A stretch of 64,000 nt of DNA, taken from the IMG/VR virus record IMGVR_UViG_3300045973_000529, positions 64,001 through 128,000 of that record. The stretch is one strand, 5' to 3'. Origin of the DNA: a virus. The notes below the pieces were generated by a model. That model was not told the DNA's origin and did not search any database. It saw only the letters and a program-made list of their open reading frames with translations. Below, in pieces: positions 35,172 through 43,291 of this stretch (positions within the stretch are counted from its first letter, which is position 1; the number at the start of each line of letters is the position of its first letter). Made by a program: the position numbers and the translations under genes.

Positions 35172-36047
35172 ATGTCACAAACCGACAAGACCACGCTTGG
35201 CGACCGCATGAAGTCGTATGAGCAACCCACCACCTCGCGCAAGGCCTTCAAGGGCCAGCCGATCATCGCTCGCCTCGATGGCAAGAGCTTCCACACCTTC
35301 TGCAAGGGCCTCAAGCGCCCGTTCGACGAGCGGCTGTCGCAGCTGATGGTGATCGTCATGAAGGAACTCGTTGATCGGTACCAAGCCGTCGTTGGGTACA
35401 CGCAGTCCGACGAGATCACGCTCATGTGGTACACCGCGGCCGACTCGCAGCAGGACTACCCGTTCGACGGCCGGATCCAGAAGCTTGAGAGCCTGCTCGC
35501 TGCGTTCGCCACGGCCGTGTTCAACAAGCACCTCGCCGAGTTCCTTCCCGAGAAGGCGGACCTCCTGCCGATCTTCGACTGCCGCGCCTTCGTCGTGCCA
35601 AACAAGCAAGAAGCCTATCACGCCTTCCTGTGGCGTCAGCAGGACGCGACCAAGAACGCCATCAGCATGGCAGCCCAATCGATGTTCACGCACAAGTCAC
35701 TGCAGGGCCTGCACGGCCCTGAGATGCAGGAAAAGATGTGGAAGGAAAAGGGCGTGAACTTCAACGACTACCCGCCGTTCTTCAAGCGCGGAACTTTCGC
35801 TCGTCGTGCCAAGGTCCGTCGTCAGATGACGGACATGGATTTCGAACGCATCCCCGAGAGCTACCGTCCGGCTGATGGCATGATCGAGCGGACCGAGATC
35901 CAGGCCTTCGACTGCTGGCTGTCACGCGAAGAAGATCCAGTGGCTGTGCTGTTCGATGGCCAGACCCCTGGCATCGAGAAGAAGGCTTGGGTGCCTGGAA
36001 CTGGCAACTTCGCTGACTCTCGCGAGTCGTACCTGAACCACTCCTGA
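35172..36047 (+). CDS. tRNA(His) guanylyltransferase Thg1-like
   Basis: RLDGKSFHTF, GYTQSDEITL, FDGRIQKL, FDCR, WRQQDATKNA, FKRGT motifs. Confidence 0.93.
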   Translation: MSQTDKTTLGDRMKSYEQPTTSRKAFKGQPIIARLDGKSFHTFCKGLKRPFDERLSQLMVIVMKELVDRYQAVVGYTQSDEITLMWYTAADSQQDYPFDGRIQKLESLLAAFATAVFNKHLAEFLPEKADLLPIFDCRAFVVPNKQEAYHAFLWRQQDATKNAISMAAQSMFTHKSLQGLHGPEMQEKMWKEKGVNFNDYPPFFKRGTFARRAKVRRQMTDMDFERIPESYRPADGMIERTEIQAFDCWLSREEDPVAVLFDGQTPGIEKKAWVPGTGNFADSRESYLNHS

Positions 36048-36057
36048 AAGAGACCCC

Positions 36058-36267
36058 ATGATTCCGAAACCTTTCGCCCTGACCTGGGAAGAACAGTCAA
36101 ACCTCGCGCACTTCCTTGAGGGTCCGGCGAAGAAGATGCTGGACAAGGGCGCTCAATGGGCGCTTGTCTTCAGCGCTGGTTCTGGTATCGGGACCTCCGT
36201 CACCGTGACTGCGAAGCTCGGTGACGAGATCTTCAGTGAAGACATCACTGACTACAGCGACTGGTGA
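36058..36267 (+). CDS. hypothetical protein
   Basis: 69 aa ending DITDYSDW. Confidence 0.75.
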   Translation: MIPKPFALTWEEQSNLAHFLEGPAKKMLDKGAQWALVFSAGSGIGTSVTVTAKLGDEIFSEDITDYSDW

Positions 36268-36312
36268 CCGTTACACTTCTCTGGTGTTCTGATCCCGAGG
36301 TTGTGTTATGAT
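36268..36312 (+). promoter_or_regulatory. early/middle promoter: CCGTTACA + CCCGA + extended -10
   Basis: GTTACA 36270, CCCGA 36294, TGT-TATGAT 36307-36312; 24-nt stretch nearly identical to 53760-53783. Confidence 0.78.
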
Positions 36313-36338
36313 GCCATCATACCAACCTCGGAGCCATT

Positions 36339-36539
36339 ATGCGCTACGACAAAGTGAACCCCTTCGAACTCGGCCGTCAGCACGCGCAAGAGTGGCTCGA
36401 CGCCGGCAAGCCGCGGGTCGGCGCAAGCCGGAATCCGTTCCAACAGCCCACCGGCAAGTGGTGCGAGTACAACAAGGGCTACAACCGCACGGCCCTGCCC
36501 GAGTACTACGCGCCGAAGAAGGAGCTGGTATGCGCGTGA
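36339..36539 (+). CDS. hypothetical protein
   Basis: GGAG SD, 66 aa. Confidence 0.75.
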   Translation: MRYDKVNPFELGRQHAQEWLDAGKPRVGASRNPFQQPTGKWCEYNKGYNRTALPEYYAPKKELVCA

Positions 36540-36616
36540 TCCTCATCGAGCTGGAAATCATCTGGCTCGACTTCCGAATCCTTGTTCTCGACACACTGGA
36601 GTTCCTCCTATCATGA
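36530..36616 (+). CDS. 28-aa hydrophobic peptide
   Basis: AGGAG SD; MRVILIELEIIWLDFRILVLDTLEFLLS; overlaps both neighbours. Confidence 0.5.
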   Translation: MRVILIELEIIWLDFRILVLDTLEFLLS

Positions 36617-36834
36617 GTGCACCTGACAAAGACCTGAACGCCTGGATCGCCGATTACCTGAAGCCCAAGGCCCGCCCTGTGCCGAAGGCGCTGGCTGTCG
36701 TGGCACCTCCGATCCCGGCCGCCGAGGTTGTGAACGAACCCGAAGTCAAGCGTTCGCCGAATGACCTGCGCGGACTGCATGTCCGCGAGCTCACCTGGGA
36801 ACAAGCCATGGCCCTTCAAACGAGAGCAAAGTAA
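36613..36834 (+). CDS. hypothetical protein
   Basis: ATGA overlap, 73 aa. Confidence 0.7.
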   Translation: MSAPDKDLNAWIADYLKPKARPVPKALAVVAPPIPAAEVVNEPEVKRSPNDLRGLHVRELTWEQAMALQTRAK

Positions 36835-37085
36835 TGAGCTTCATGTCCTTCATCCGCAGCCTGCCGTTCGGCGCCGTCAGCGAACCGCATCTCGTCATGA
36901 CCGTGCACTTCACCGGTGGCAGCACAGTGCGCCTACTCGGCGTGAAGAGCGTCGAGACGGCGAAGACTGCAGCTGGTGGCTTCGCCAGCTACAAGATCGA
37001 GTGGCATGACGGCTACAAGCCGCCGCTGGTCTCCTTCGCGCTCGATCACATCACGGCGATCATCGTCGAAAGGGCACACCTGTGA
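36834..37085 (+). CDS. hypothetical protein
   Basis: TAATG overlap, 83 aa. Confidence 0.75.
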   Translation: MSFMSFIRSLPFGAVSEPHLVMTVHFTGGSTVRLLGVKSVETAKTAAGGFASYKIEWHDGYKPPLVSFALDHITAIIVERAHL

Positions 37086-37255
37086 TCGGCCACCCTGCAA
37101 TCGATCTGCTGTTCCTCGTCACCTCGGTGGCGACGGCTGCCTGGCATCTCGGCTCTGGTGTTCGCTGGAACGAACCGCGCGTTCTCATCGAGCTTGCCTT
37201 TACGGCGGCGTTTTTGTCGATGGTCGCCAAGGACCTTGGCCTGATTGGTGCCTGA
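37082..37255 (+). CDS. small 2-TM membrane protein (57 aa)
   Basis: Read manually from GTGA overlap: MIGHPAIDLLFLVTSVATAAWHLG...LIELAFTAAFLSMVAKDLGLIGA. Confidence 0.6.
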   Translation: MIGHPAIDLLFLVTSVATAAWHLGSGVRWNEPRVLIELAFTAAFLSMVAKDLGLIGA

Positions 37256-37290
37256 AGACACCGAATCAGACGGACATAGAACCAATCAAT

Positions 37291-37312
37291 CGAGGGACCC
37301 TAGGGTCCCTCG
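37291..37312. repeat. perfect 22-bp palindrome CGAGGGACCCTAGGGTCCCTCG
   Basis: Self-complementary; 18-bp core identical to 20039-20056. Confidence 0.9.
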
Positions 37313-37343
37313 GCTGTTTCTGGTGGACCAGAACGGTATCCGG

Positions 37344-38666
37344 TCAGTGGTACTGCACCGTCTTGGCGACAGCATCAGTCGCCTTCGCGTAGGCTTCCTT
37401 GTCTGGATCAGCCTTCATTCTGCCGCCCTTGATGTCCCAAGTCTTCACGAGCTTGATCTGTGAAGCAGGCACCGTGCCAGGGTATGCGGTGACCCCATCC
37501 GTCTTCAGCGATTTCGTGGCGTTCGCCTGGATGAAGGTGTTCATAATGGCAACGTACAGCTCCTTCTCGAGCTCCACAATGTTCTTGCTGGTGTAGCCGT
37601 ACTTCTTCAGCACTGTGCGAGCATGCACCCGGAACTCGTTGCCGCGATCGTCATCATCAAACAACCACGACAGCCCGTACCTCTGAGTGCTGTGGTGCAT
37701 GTTCTTGATGTGCACATCAAAGCCATCCTTCACACGCTCTGGCGACCAGATCTGACTGAGCATCGGGTACTTCGCCAACAGGGCCCGGCGGTACTTCTCA
37801 CCGAGGTACTTGAACCAGTGCATCGTGTCCTCATCGGGCAGAAGCTTCATCACCATCATCGGAGTCAACGTCACCTCGAGCACCGCAGCTTCAGAGCCGT
37901 CATTGACAGCTTCACGGGTCGCGTAGTTCGCGGCTTCGGCTGCGCTTGAGGCTAGGTACACATTCTTCTGTGAATACCCGTTGATCATGTCGCTGTAGAC
38001 TGAACCACGTTGACTTGGGCGCAAGCCTGTCTTCAGCACAGCGCCGGCACGGCGCATGGACGTGCCATGGAACAGCGTCAGGCTCTGGACCTTGCCGGTG
38101 AATGCACGACGGTGGTCGTACTTTTCAGCTCCACCATCGATCACCTCTTGCACCGTCATGCCGCGCACACGGTCATCACCCTTGATTTGGTAGTCGGCAG
38201 TCGCTGGCTTCACCTTCACAAGCGCCATCAGACACTTCTGCATGTCGACGATGCGCTTGAAGGAGACCTCACCGCCGAGAATTGGCACCTCTTTGGCGCG
38301 ATCACGCTTATCGTGACTCTTCGGGTCGTCCATCTTGATGTCTTTGCGTCGATTGCTGGTGCCAGTGATTTTCGACATGTCGAAGTGCACGACGCCAGAC
38401 TCCACATAGAACAAAGCAGATGAGTTCGGCTTATCGTAGTCGGCAGCCATTGCAGCGCTGACTTTCCGTTGGGCCGTTTTGTTTTCTTTGGAGGTGTAAT
38501 CATCGCTGTCCGGATCACCACCAAAGAATTTGAACAGATCACGATCGCGGCTGTTCGAGTACTTCGGGTAGAAGTTGATCTTCGGCATGCGGTACATCAC
38601 CCAGAACGCATCCTCGCTCTTGGCGATCTTCTTGTTCTTGCCTACGATGATTTCAAGGAGTAGCAT
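37344..38666 (-). CDS. ADP-ribosyltransferase-fold protein (KptA/Tpt1- or DarT-like core), putative head-packaged
   Basis: LFHGTS...VLKTGLRP...NVYLASS...AANYA...AVLEV...AYPGTVPASQIK; in late minus-strand unit. Confidence 0.65.
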   Translation of the reverse strand: MLLLEIIVGKNKKIAKSEDAFWVMYRMPKINFYPKYSNSRDRDLFKFFGGDPDSDDYTSKENKTAQRKVSAAMAADYDKPNSSALFYVESGVVHFDMSKITGTSNRRKDIKMDDPKSHDKRDRAKEVPILGGEVSFKRIVDMQKCLMALVKVKPATADYQIKGDDRVRGMTVQEVIDGGAEKYDHRRAFTGKVQSLTLFHGTSMRRAGAVLKTGLRPSQRGSVYSDMINGYSQKNVYLASSAAEAANYATREAVNDGSEAAVLEVTLTPMMVMKLLPDEDTMHWFKYLGEKYRRALLAKYPMLSQIWSPERVKDGFDVHIKNMHHSTQRYGLSWLFDDDDRGNEFRVHARTVLKKYGYTSKNIVELEKELYVAIMNTFIQANATKSLKTDGVTAYPGTVPASQIKLVKTWDIKGGRMKADPDKEAYAKATDAVAKTVQYH

Positions 38667-39127
38667 TATCGCAACCTAAATGAGAACGCACCAGGATCCA
38701 AGTTCTTCTTCTCTTGCTTGAGAATGTATCGGAACTGGGTCTCAGGACCAGCTGGATGCGATGTACCCTCATACCGACTGGCCACCTTGTCAACGACACG
38801 CTTGTAGATCTTTGCACGTGTCTCCGTCTCGGCAGTGAACTCGAACTCAGCTGGCGCATAACGTTGTAGGAACTCTGTGAAAGAGTCGCGCACAAAAGCA
38901 CCCACCTGTAGAGCTGATCCGGAGCCAGTAGCTCCGTACGTCTTTGTGTCCTTGGACACCATCTCACCGAAGTCGATGTGCCAGAGATTGTCGCCGTGGT
39001 ACGATGCGTCGAACACAACCTTCCGGTCGCCAACCACCGCCTCGGTGCTGAATCGGTGAGACTTCTCTTTGGTGACGTGGTATTTGACCTTGCTGTCAAG
39101 CGCCTCGAGCAGTTCAGCGACTTGCAT
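38666..39127 (-). CDS. hypothetical late protein
   Basis: 153 aa, MQVAELLEA N-terminus, stop/start overlaps. Confidence 0.8.
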   Translation of the reverse strand: MQVAELLEALDSKVKYHVTKEKSHRFSTEAVVGDRKVVFDASYHGDNLWHIDFGEMVSKDTKTYGATGSGSALQVGAFVRDSFTEFLQRYAPAEFEFTAETETRAKIYKRVVDKVASRYEGTSHPAGPETQFRYILKQEKKNLDPGAFSFRLR

Positions 39128-39486
39128 CAGCGCCCCGACATACTCGACATACTCGGCATCTTGGCCATGCGAGCGCCTGATTTGTTCGCTTCGCGATCGC
39201 GATCGTACGGACCATGCTTCTCATCGTCATCGTCCCGCAGCGACGGCATCTTTTCGGTCGCTTTGTCCAGCCAGCCATCAAGCTCGGCCGCCTTCTGCGT
39301 CGCAAGCTTGTCACGACGGTTCTTAAGCTTGTCACGCTCAGCCTTAATCTTGTCGATCTTGGCCTTGTTGTCAGGACCCTTGAGCCAGCCGAAGCCTGGG
39401 ACGTCAGACAGCCCTTCTTCGATCGCTTGAAACTCTTCATCGCTCAGCCCGGTGGCCTGAACAAACTGCTTGAAAGTGATAGTCAT
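39127..39486 (-). CDS. hypothetical late protein, internal-protein-like
   Basis: MTITFKQFVQ N-terminus, Lys-rich; first gene after minus late box. Confidence 0.75.
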   Translation of the reverse strand: MTITFKQFVQATGLSDEEFQAIEEGLSDVPGFGWLKGPDNKAKIDKIKAERDKLKNRRDKLATQKAAELDGWLDKATEKMPSLRDDDDEKHGPYDRDREANKSGARMAKMPSMSSMSGR

Positions 39487-39512
39487 ACCCGATCCTGGGT
39501 GAAGTTCAGACC

Positions 39513-39518
39513 TATTTA
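39513..39518 (-). promoter_or_regulatory. late promoter box TAAATA (minus)
   Basis: ccTATTTAgc on plus strand. Confidence 0.7.
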
Positions 39519-39559
39519 GCCTCGTCCCAACACCAGCATACATAGAGAGCACTGCACGT

Positions 39560-39565
39560 TACAAT
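39560..39565 (+). promoter_or_regulatory. -10 box TACAAT
   Basis: cGTTACAAT, 7 nt before ATG 39573. Confidence 0.55.
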
Positions 39566-39572
39566 TGCCACT

Positions 39573-40061
39573 ATGAACTACATCTCAACACTCGAAGTCG
39601 CGACCCGCTATGTGCTGGGCTTCGCCTTTACCCCGTCCCGCAAGGGCGTGATCTTGATCAAGAAGAAGCGGCCAAACTGGCAAGCTGGGAAGCTGAACGG
39701 CCCTGGTGGCAAGATCGAAGCTGGTGAAACCCCTGAGCAAGCGATGATTCGCGAGTTCAAGGAGGAGACCGGCATCGACACCGAGCTTGGCCAGTGGTCT
39801 GGCTTCGGCACGCACGTTCGACCGTCTGGCGATGAGCGTAGCTACTCGCTCGACATGTTCTCGACGGTGCTGACCCTACAGCAGTGCCAACAGCTCGACA
39901 TGCCGACCGATGAAGAGCCTTGCTGGCGCTCGATCGAAGGTATGAACTTCATGGATGAAGCGTACGTGGATGGCACGGTGATGTACATCGCGATGGCGGT
40001 GAATCACATGGGTCGCCCGTTCTTCACCACAACGCTCGAAATCGACGAGGAGCCAGTATGA
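39573..40061 (+). CDS. NUDIX hydrolase
   Basis: GGKIEAGETPEQAMIREFKEETG Nudix box. Confidence 0.95.
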   Translation: MNYISTLEVATRYVLGFAFTPSRKGVILIKKKRPNWQAGKLNGPGGKIEAGETPEQAMIREFKEETGIDTELGQWSGFGTHVRPSGDERSYSLDMFSTVLTLQQCQQLDMPTDEEPCWRSIEGMNFMDEAYVDGTVMYIAMAVNHMGRPFFTTTLEIDEEPV

Positions 40062-40387
40062 GGAACTTCGTGTTGGTCACTGCCACGGCGTCTGATCGAA
40101 TGGGCAAAACCACCTCGGGCTCAGGCATCAAGAAGCTCAAGCGTGGCCTGGCTCTCGAGCAGTTCGCAACGGCGTATCTCAGCACAGTGTTCGACACCAG
40201 CACGTACTGGGAGTTCCTCGAGCGTGACAAGTCGTGGGTCGCCATCCGGACGCTGCCTGACATGGTGTACACCTGGACATTCACCCAGTACCCGGAGCCG
40301 GAGCTGCTGTCAGCCGTCAGTCATCTGACTCGCGATGAGCTCTTCCGTGACCTCAAGGAACTTCTTCCTTTGAAAGCTGGCGTATGA
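40058..40387 (+). CDS. hypothetical protein
   Basis: ATGA overlap, 109 aa. Confidence 0.75.
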   Translation: MRNFVLVTATASDRMGKTTSGSGIKKLKRGLALEQFATAYLSTVFDTSTYWEFLERDKSWVAIRTLPDMVYTWTFTQYPEPELLSAVSHLTRDELFRDLKELLPLKAGV

Positions 40388-41019
40388 AAGTCGTTGGTCT
40401 GTCTGGCGCCCAAGGTGGCGGCAAGAGCTCGCTGCTTGCTGAGCTTCAGCGACGTGGTTGGCTGGTGGACTCGTTCCGTGTCAGCCGCGCCGTGCAAGCT
40501 GCTCTGGGCTGGGATTCCCTCGATCGCGTCAAGGAGTCGTTCGAGACGATGGCGTCCTTTCAAGAGGAGGTCTTCTTCCAGAAGCATCGAAACGACTTCG
40601 CGCTGCATGAGAAGGCATGTGCCCGAACCATGGACCCCAAGGGACATGTGGTCCTCACAGAGCGCACGTTCGCTGACATCAACGCGTACACGAACCTCTG
40701 GACTTGGGGCTTTGTCGACAATGAGCAGGTCTCATTGGCGCATGCGATCGACTTCCTTCGCGGGTACACCCACGACTGCGCTGAAGCGCATGCCAAGATC
40801 TACCATGCGACTCTGCTGATGCCGCTGATGGATCACATCCCCTGGGAGAACGATCCGAACCGCGCCAAGAGGGAAGATGCTCAGTCGGTGTACGAAGACA
40901 TCGAGCGGTTTGTGGATCGCAAGACGCACATCATGCACCCGCGGCACCGCATCACGAGCAAGTCCGTTGAAGAGCGGGCTGACGAGGTCGAAACGTTCTT
41001 GGCGGGCTATGGACTATGA
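40384..41019 (+). CDS. P-loop nucleotide kinase (NadR/AAA_28-like)
   Basis: VVGLSGAQGGGKSSL Walker A, VLTERTFADINAY, PWENDPNR. Confidence 0.75.
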   Translation: MKVVGLSGAQGGGKSSLLAELQRRGWLVDSFRVSRAVQAALGWDSLDRVKESFETMASFQEEVFFQKHRNDFALHEKACARTMDPKGHVVLTERTFADINAYTNLWTWGFVDNEQVSLAHAIDFLRGYTHDCAEAHAKIYHATLLMPLMDHIPWENDPNRAKREDAQSVYEDIERFVDRKTHIMHPRHRITSKSVEERADEVETFLAGYGL

Positions 41020-41192
41020 GCACTGAACGCGACTTCGATGCCGAGCTCATGGACGCCATCTCCGATGTGGTGGACTGGTTGGACTACGAGGTCTGGTACA
41101 CCTGTCCAGGCCTCGAGGAATCCGTTAGGAAGTTGAGAAACGCGCGCATGGCGAAGCTCGTGCACCAGAAACGAACCAAGAAGGAAGACTGA
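41016..41192 (+). CDS. small hypothetical protein (58 aa)
   Basis: Read manually: MSTERDFDAELMDAIS...; ATGA and TGATG overlaps. Confidence 0.7.
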   Translation: MSTERDFDAELMDAISDVVDWLDYEVWYTCPGLEESVRKLRNARMAKLVHQKRTKKED

Positions 41193-41803
41193 TGGCCTAC
41201 ATCAAGGGATACTCACGCGCCCATCCGGGCAAGTACTCAATCGTCATCGACTGGGAGACCACTGGGTCGACATTCGGTGGTGACTCGAGTGTCGACTACC
41301 AAGGCATCGCGTTCGGCGTTGTGGTCGCTGACAACAACACCTGGGAAGAGGTCGACTGCCTGTACCGCGAGCTGCACTTCGACGAGACGAAGTACAAGTG
41401 GACCGACAAGGCTGAAGAGATTCATGGTCTGAGCCGTGCCCATCTGCTCGAACACGGGGTGTCGCGTGAAGAGGCACTGGCTGATCTGCTCGATCTGCTC
41501 CTGAAGTACTGGGCGCCTGGTCAGAAGATCATGCTCATCGGTCACAACAGCGGCTTCGATGCCGACTTCACGAACCAACTCTTCACTGACTTCGGCGTGG
41601 AGCTGAACATCCATCACGTCATGCCTGACAGCTCCGCAGTCGCCTTTGTGCTGACTGGCGAGTACAAGTCGGACGTGGTGTTCGAGATCCTCGGCGGCAT
41701 CGACAAGCGTGGGCTGCACAATGCTCTCGACGATGCTCGTGCCTGCCTCACCTGCCTTCGCAATGCGAAGCAGATCTTCACTGCTGGATTGGGAGCCCAA
41801 TGA
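41192..41803 (+). CDS. DEDDh 3'-5' exonuclease (DnaQ-like)
   Basis: IVIDWETTG (ExoI), IHGL, GHNSGFD (ExoII), HNALDDA (ExoIII). Confidence 0.92.
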   Translation: MAYIKGYSRAHPGKYSIVIDWETTGSTFGGDSSVDYQGIAFGVVVADNNTWEEVDCLYRELHFDETKYKWTDKAEEIHGLSRAHLLEHGVSREEALADLLDLLLKYWAPGQKIMLIGHNSGFDADFTNQLFTDFGVELNIHHVMPDSSAVAFVLTGEYKSDVVFEILGGIDKRGLHNALDDARACLTCLRNAKQIFTAGLGAQ

Positions 41804-42501
41804 TGGACGACAAGACGATTGATGACCTGAACGCTGAGCTGCGCGAGCAAGACTTCCTCGATCTCGATGGTGAGCTTGCTGATGTCATCGAGGCCATGAT
41901 GCTCGCTGAAGACGCGGCCTTCATGGCTGGGGCGCTCGAGCCGATCGACATGTCTGGATGGACGATGACAACGACCCAGATCGTCAGTCCGTACTTCGTG
42001 GAGCCGGTGGAAGCCAAGATGGATCTACCAGAGGTTGATGTGCCTGGCGCTGTGCGGTACGTGAACGAGGAGAATGCGTCGTACATGTTCAAGGACGGCA
42101 AGTGGATTGTGTTCAGCATGACGGCAACCAAGCCCGATCGTGCACCACCACGGATGTTGACGGGCACGTGCGATGGCGTCCATCCGCCACGCAGCATGGA
42201 CTACTTCCGTCGATTTGCAGATGCACCAACCAATGCAGAGGAACTCAAGATGTGGGCCTCAATCGGTGTGAGCGGCAGCGTGTTGCGCGAGTGGGCGGGT
42301 GTCTACCCGATCGAAGATCAAGTCGTGTTCAAGGTCCCGAAGAGCTTGCGTGATCGCAGCGAGTACTGCACTGATGTGCCGCACAAGCACTCAGCTGGTC
42401 CGAACCCATGCAATGAAGTCCAGCTCATGGCACCGCAACCATGCACGCTGATTGGCCCCGACCCACTACCCAAGAAGCGCAAGATCCTGGTGTCGCGATG
42501 A
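41800..42501 (+). CDS. hypothetical protein
   Basis: 233 aa, acidic N-terminus. Confidence 0.7.
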   Translation: MMDDKTIDDLNAELREQDFLDLDGELADVIEAMMLAEDAAFMAGALEPIDMSGWTMTTTQIVSPYFVEPVEAKMDLPEVDVPGAVRYVNEENASYMFKDGKWIVFSMTATKPDRAPPRMLTGTCDGVHPPRSMDYFRRFADAPTNAEELKMWASIGVSGSVLREWAGVYPIEDQVVFKVPKSLRDRSEYCTDVPHKHSAGPNPCNEVQLMAPQPCTLIGPDPLPKKRKILVSR

Positions 42502-42926
42502 ACCAGTACCCATTCACCATCAAGCTACTTGTGCAGCGTCGTCCGCACATGCGCGACGACAATCTCGAGATGGTCATGCACATGGGCACTCGTGTTCTGC
42601 GACAGATCTTCGATGACATGCGGGTTGATCCAACGGTCGAGCACCTTGTGCTGTACTTCCCAGAGCGCTGGATGAACATCATCGAGGAACGGAGCCTGTG
42701 GGACCGCCTCGTGAAGTACTGTCCGAATCTCAAGAGCGTCGAGGTCATGACCCAGTCGGTGTACATCATCCAGTGTACCCGTGCCGAGAACGTCCTCATC
42801 GTCTCCTCTGAAGATGAGGTTGCTCGCACCAAGGCTGAAGGTGGCCTGACTCAGGAATCGTCTGAAGGTCGGCTGTGGTACAAGAATGTGCACGGCTTCG
42901 ATTTCAGCAAGCTCACGGTAATGTGA
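42498..42926 (+). CDS. hypothetical protein
   Basis: ATGA overlap, MNQYPFTIKL... Confidence 0.75.
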   Translation: MNQYPFTIKLLVQRRPHMRDDNLEMVMHMGTRVLRQIFDDMRVDPTVEHLVLYFPERWMNIIEERSLWDRLVKYCPNLKSVEVMTQSVYIIQCTRAENVLIVSSEDEVARTKAEGGLTQESSEGRLWYKNVHGFDFSKLTVM

Positions 42927-42938
42927 CCCAAACCCAGG

Positions 42939-42968
42939 TTGTCACTTTCTGGGTCGTATTGCTACAAT
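42939..42968 (+). promoter_or_regulatory. sigma70-like promoter
   Basis: TTGTCA-18 nt-TACAAT. Confidence 0.7.
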
Positions 42969-42973
42969 AGCGT

Positions 42974-43291
42974 ATGACTTGGAAACTTTACCTCGACGAT
43001 CTGCGCGCGCCACCCGATCAAACTTGGGTGGTGGCCAGATCCGTGCCAGCTGCCTGGCACCACATCTGCACGTACGGGCTGCCACTCGAAATGAGCCTTG
43101 ATCACGATCTTGGCACTGACACCGACGCCCCTGTACTGCTGCACTCCTTTATCGAAGCGTACCTCGACCGTGAGGAAGACAGGCGATTCGAGGGCGTCCG
43201 CAACATCAAGTTCAAAGTTCATTCTGCAAACCCCACGGGCGCGCGGAACATGGAGCTGCTTTGGGCGAATTTTCTGAGGTGTACTGAATGA
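42974..43291 (+). CDS. cyclic-phosphate processing receiver-like domain protein
   Basis: KLYLDDLRAPP..W..ARS...SLDHDLG...KVHSANPTGARNM pattern. Confidence 0.8.
   Translation: MTWKLYLDDLRAPPDQTWVVARSVPAAWHHICTYGLPLEMSLDHDLGTDTDAPVLLHSFIEAYLDREEDRRFEGVRNIKFKVHSANPTGARNMELLWANFLRCTE

Noticed and set aside
32483-37267. GACACCGAATC 11-mer shared by two intergenic regions (32483 and 37257)
   Set aside because: Many 11-mer matches are expected by chance in 64 kb; flanks do not align
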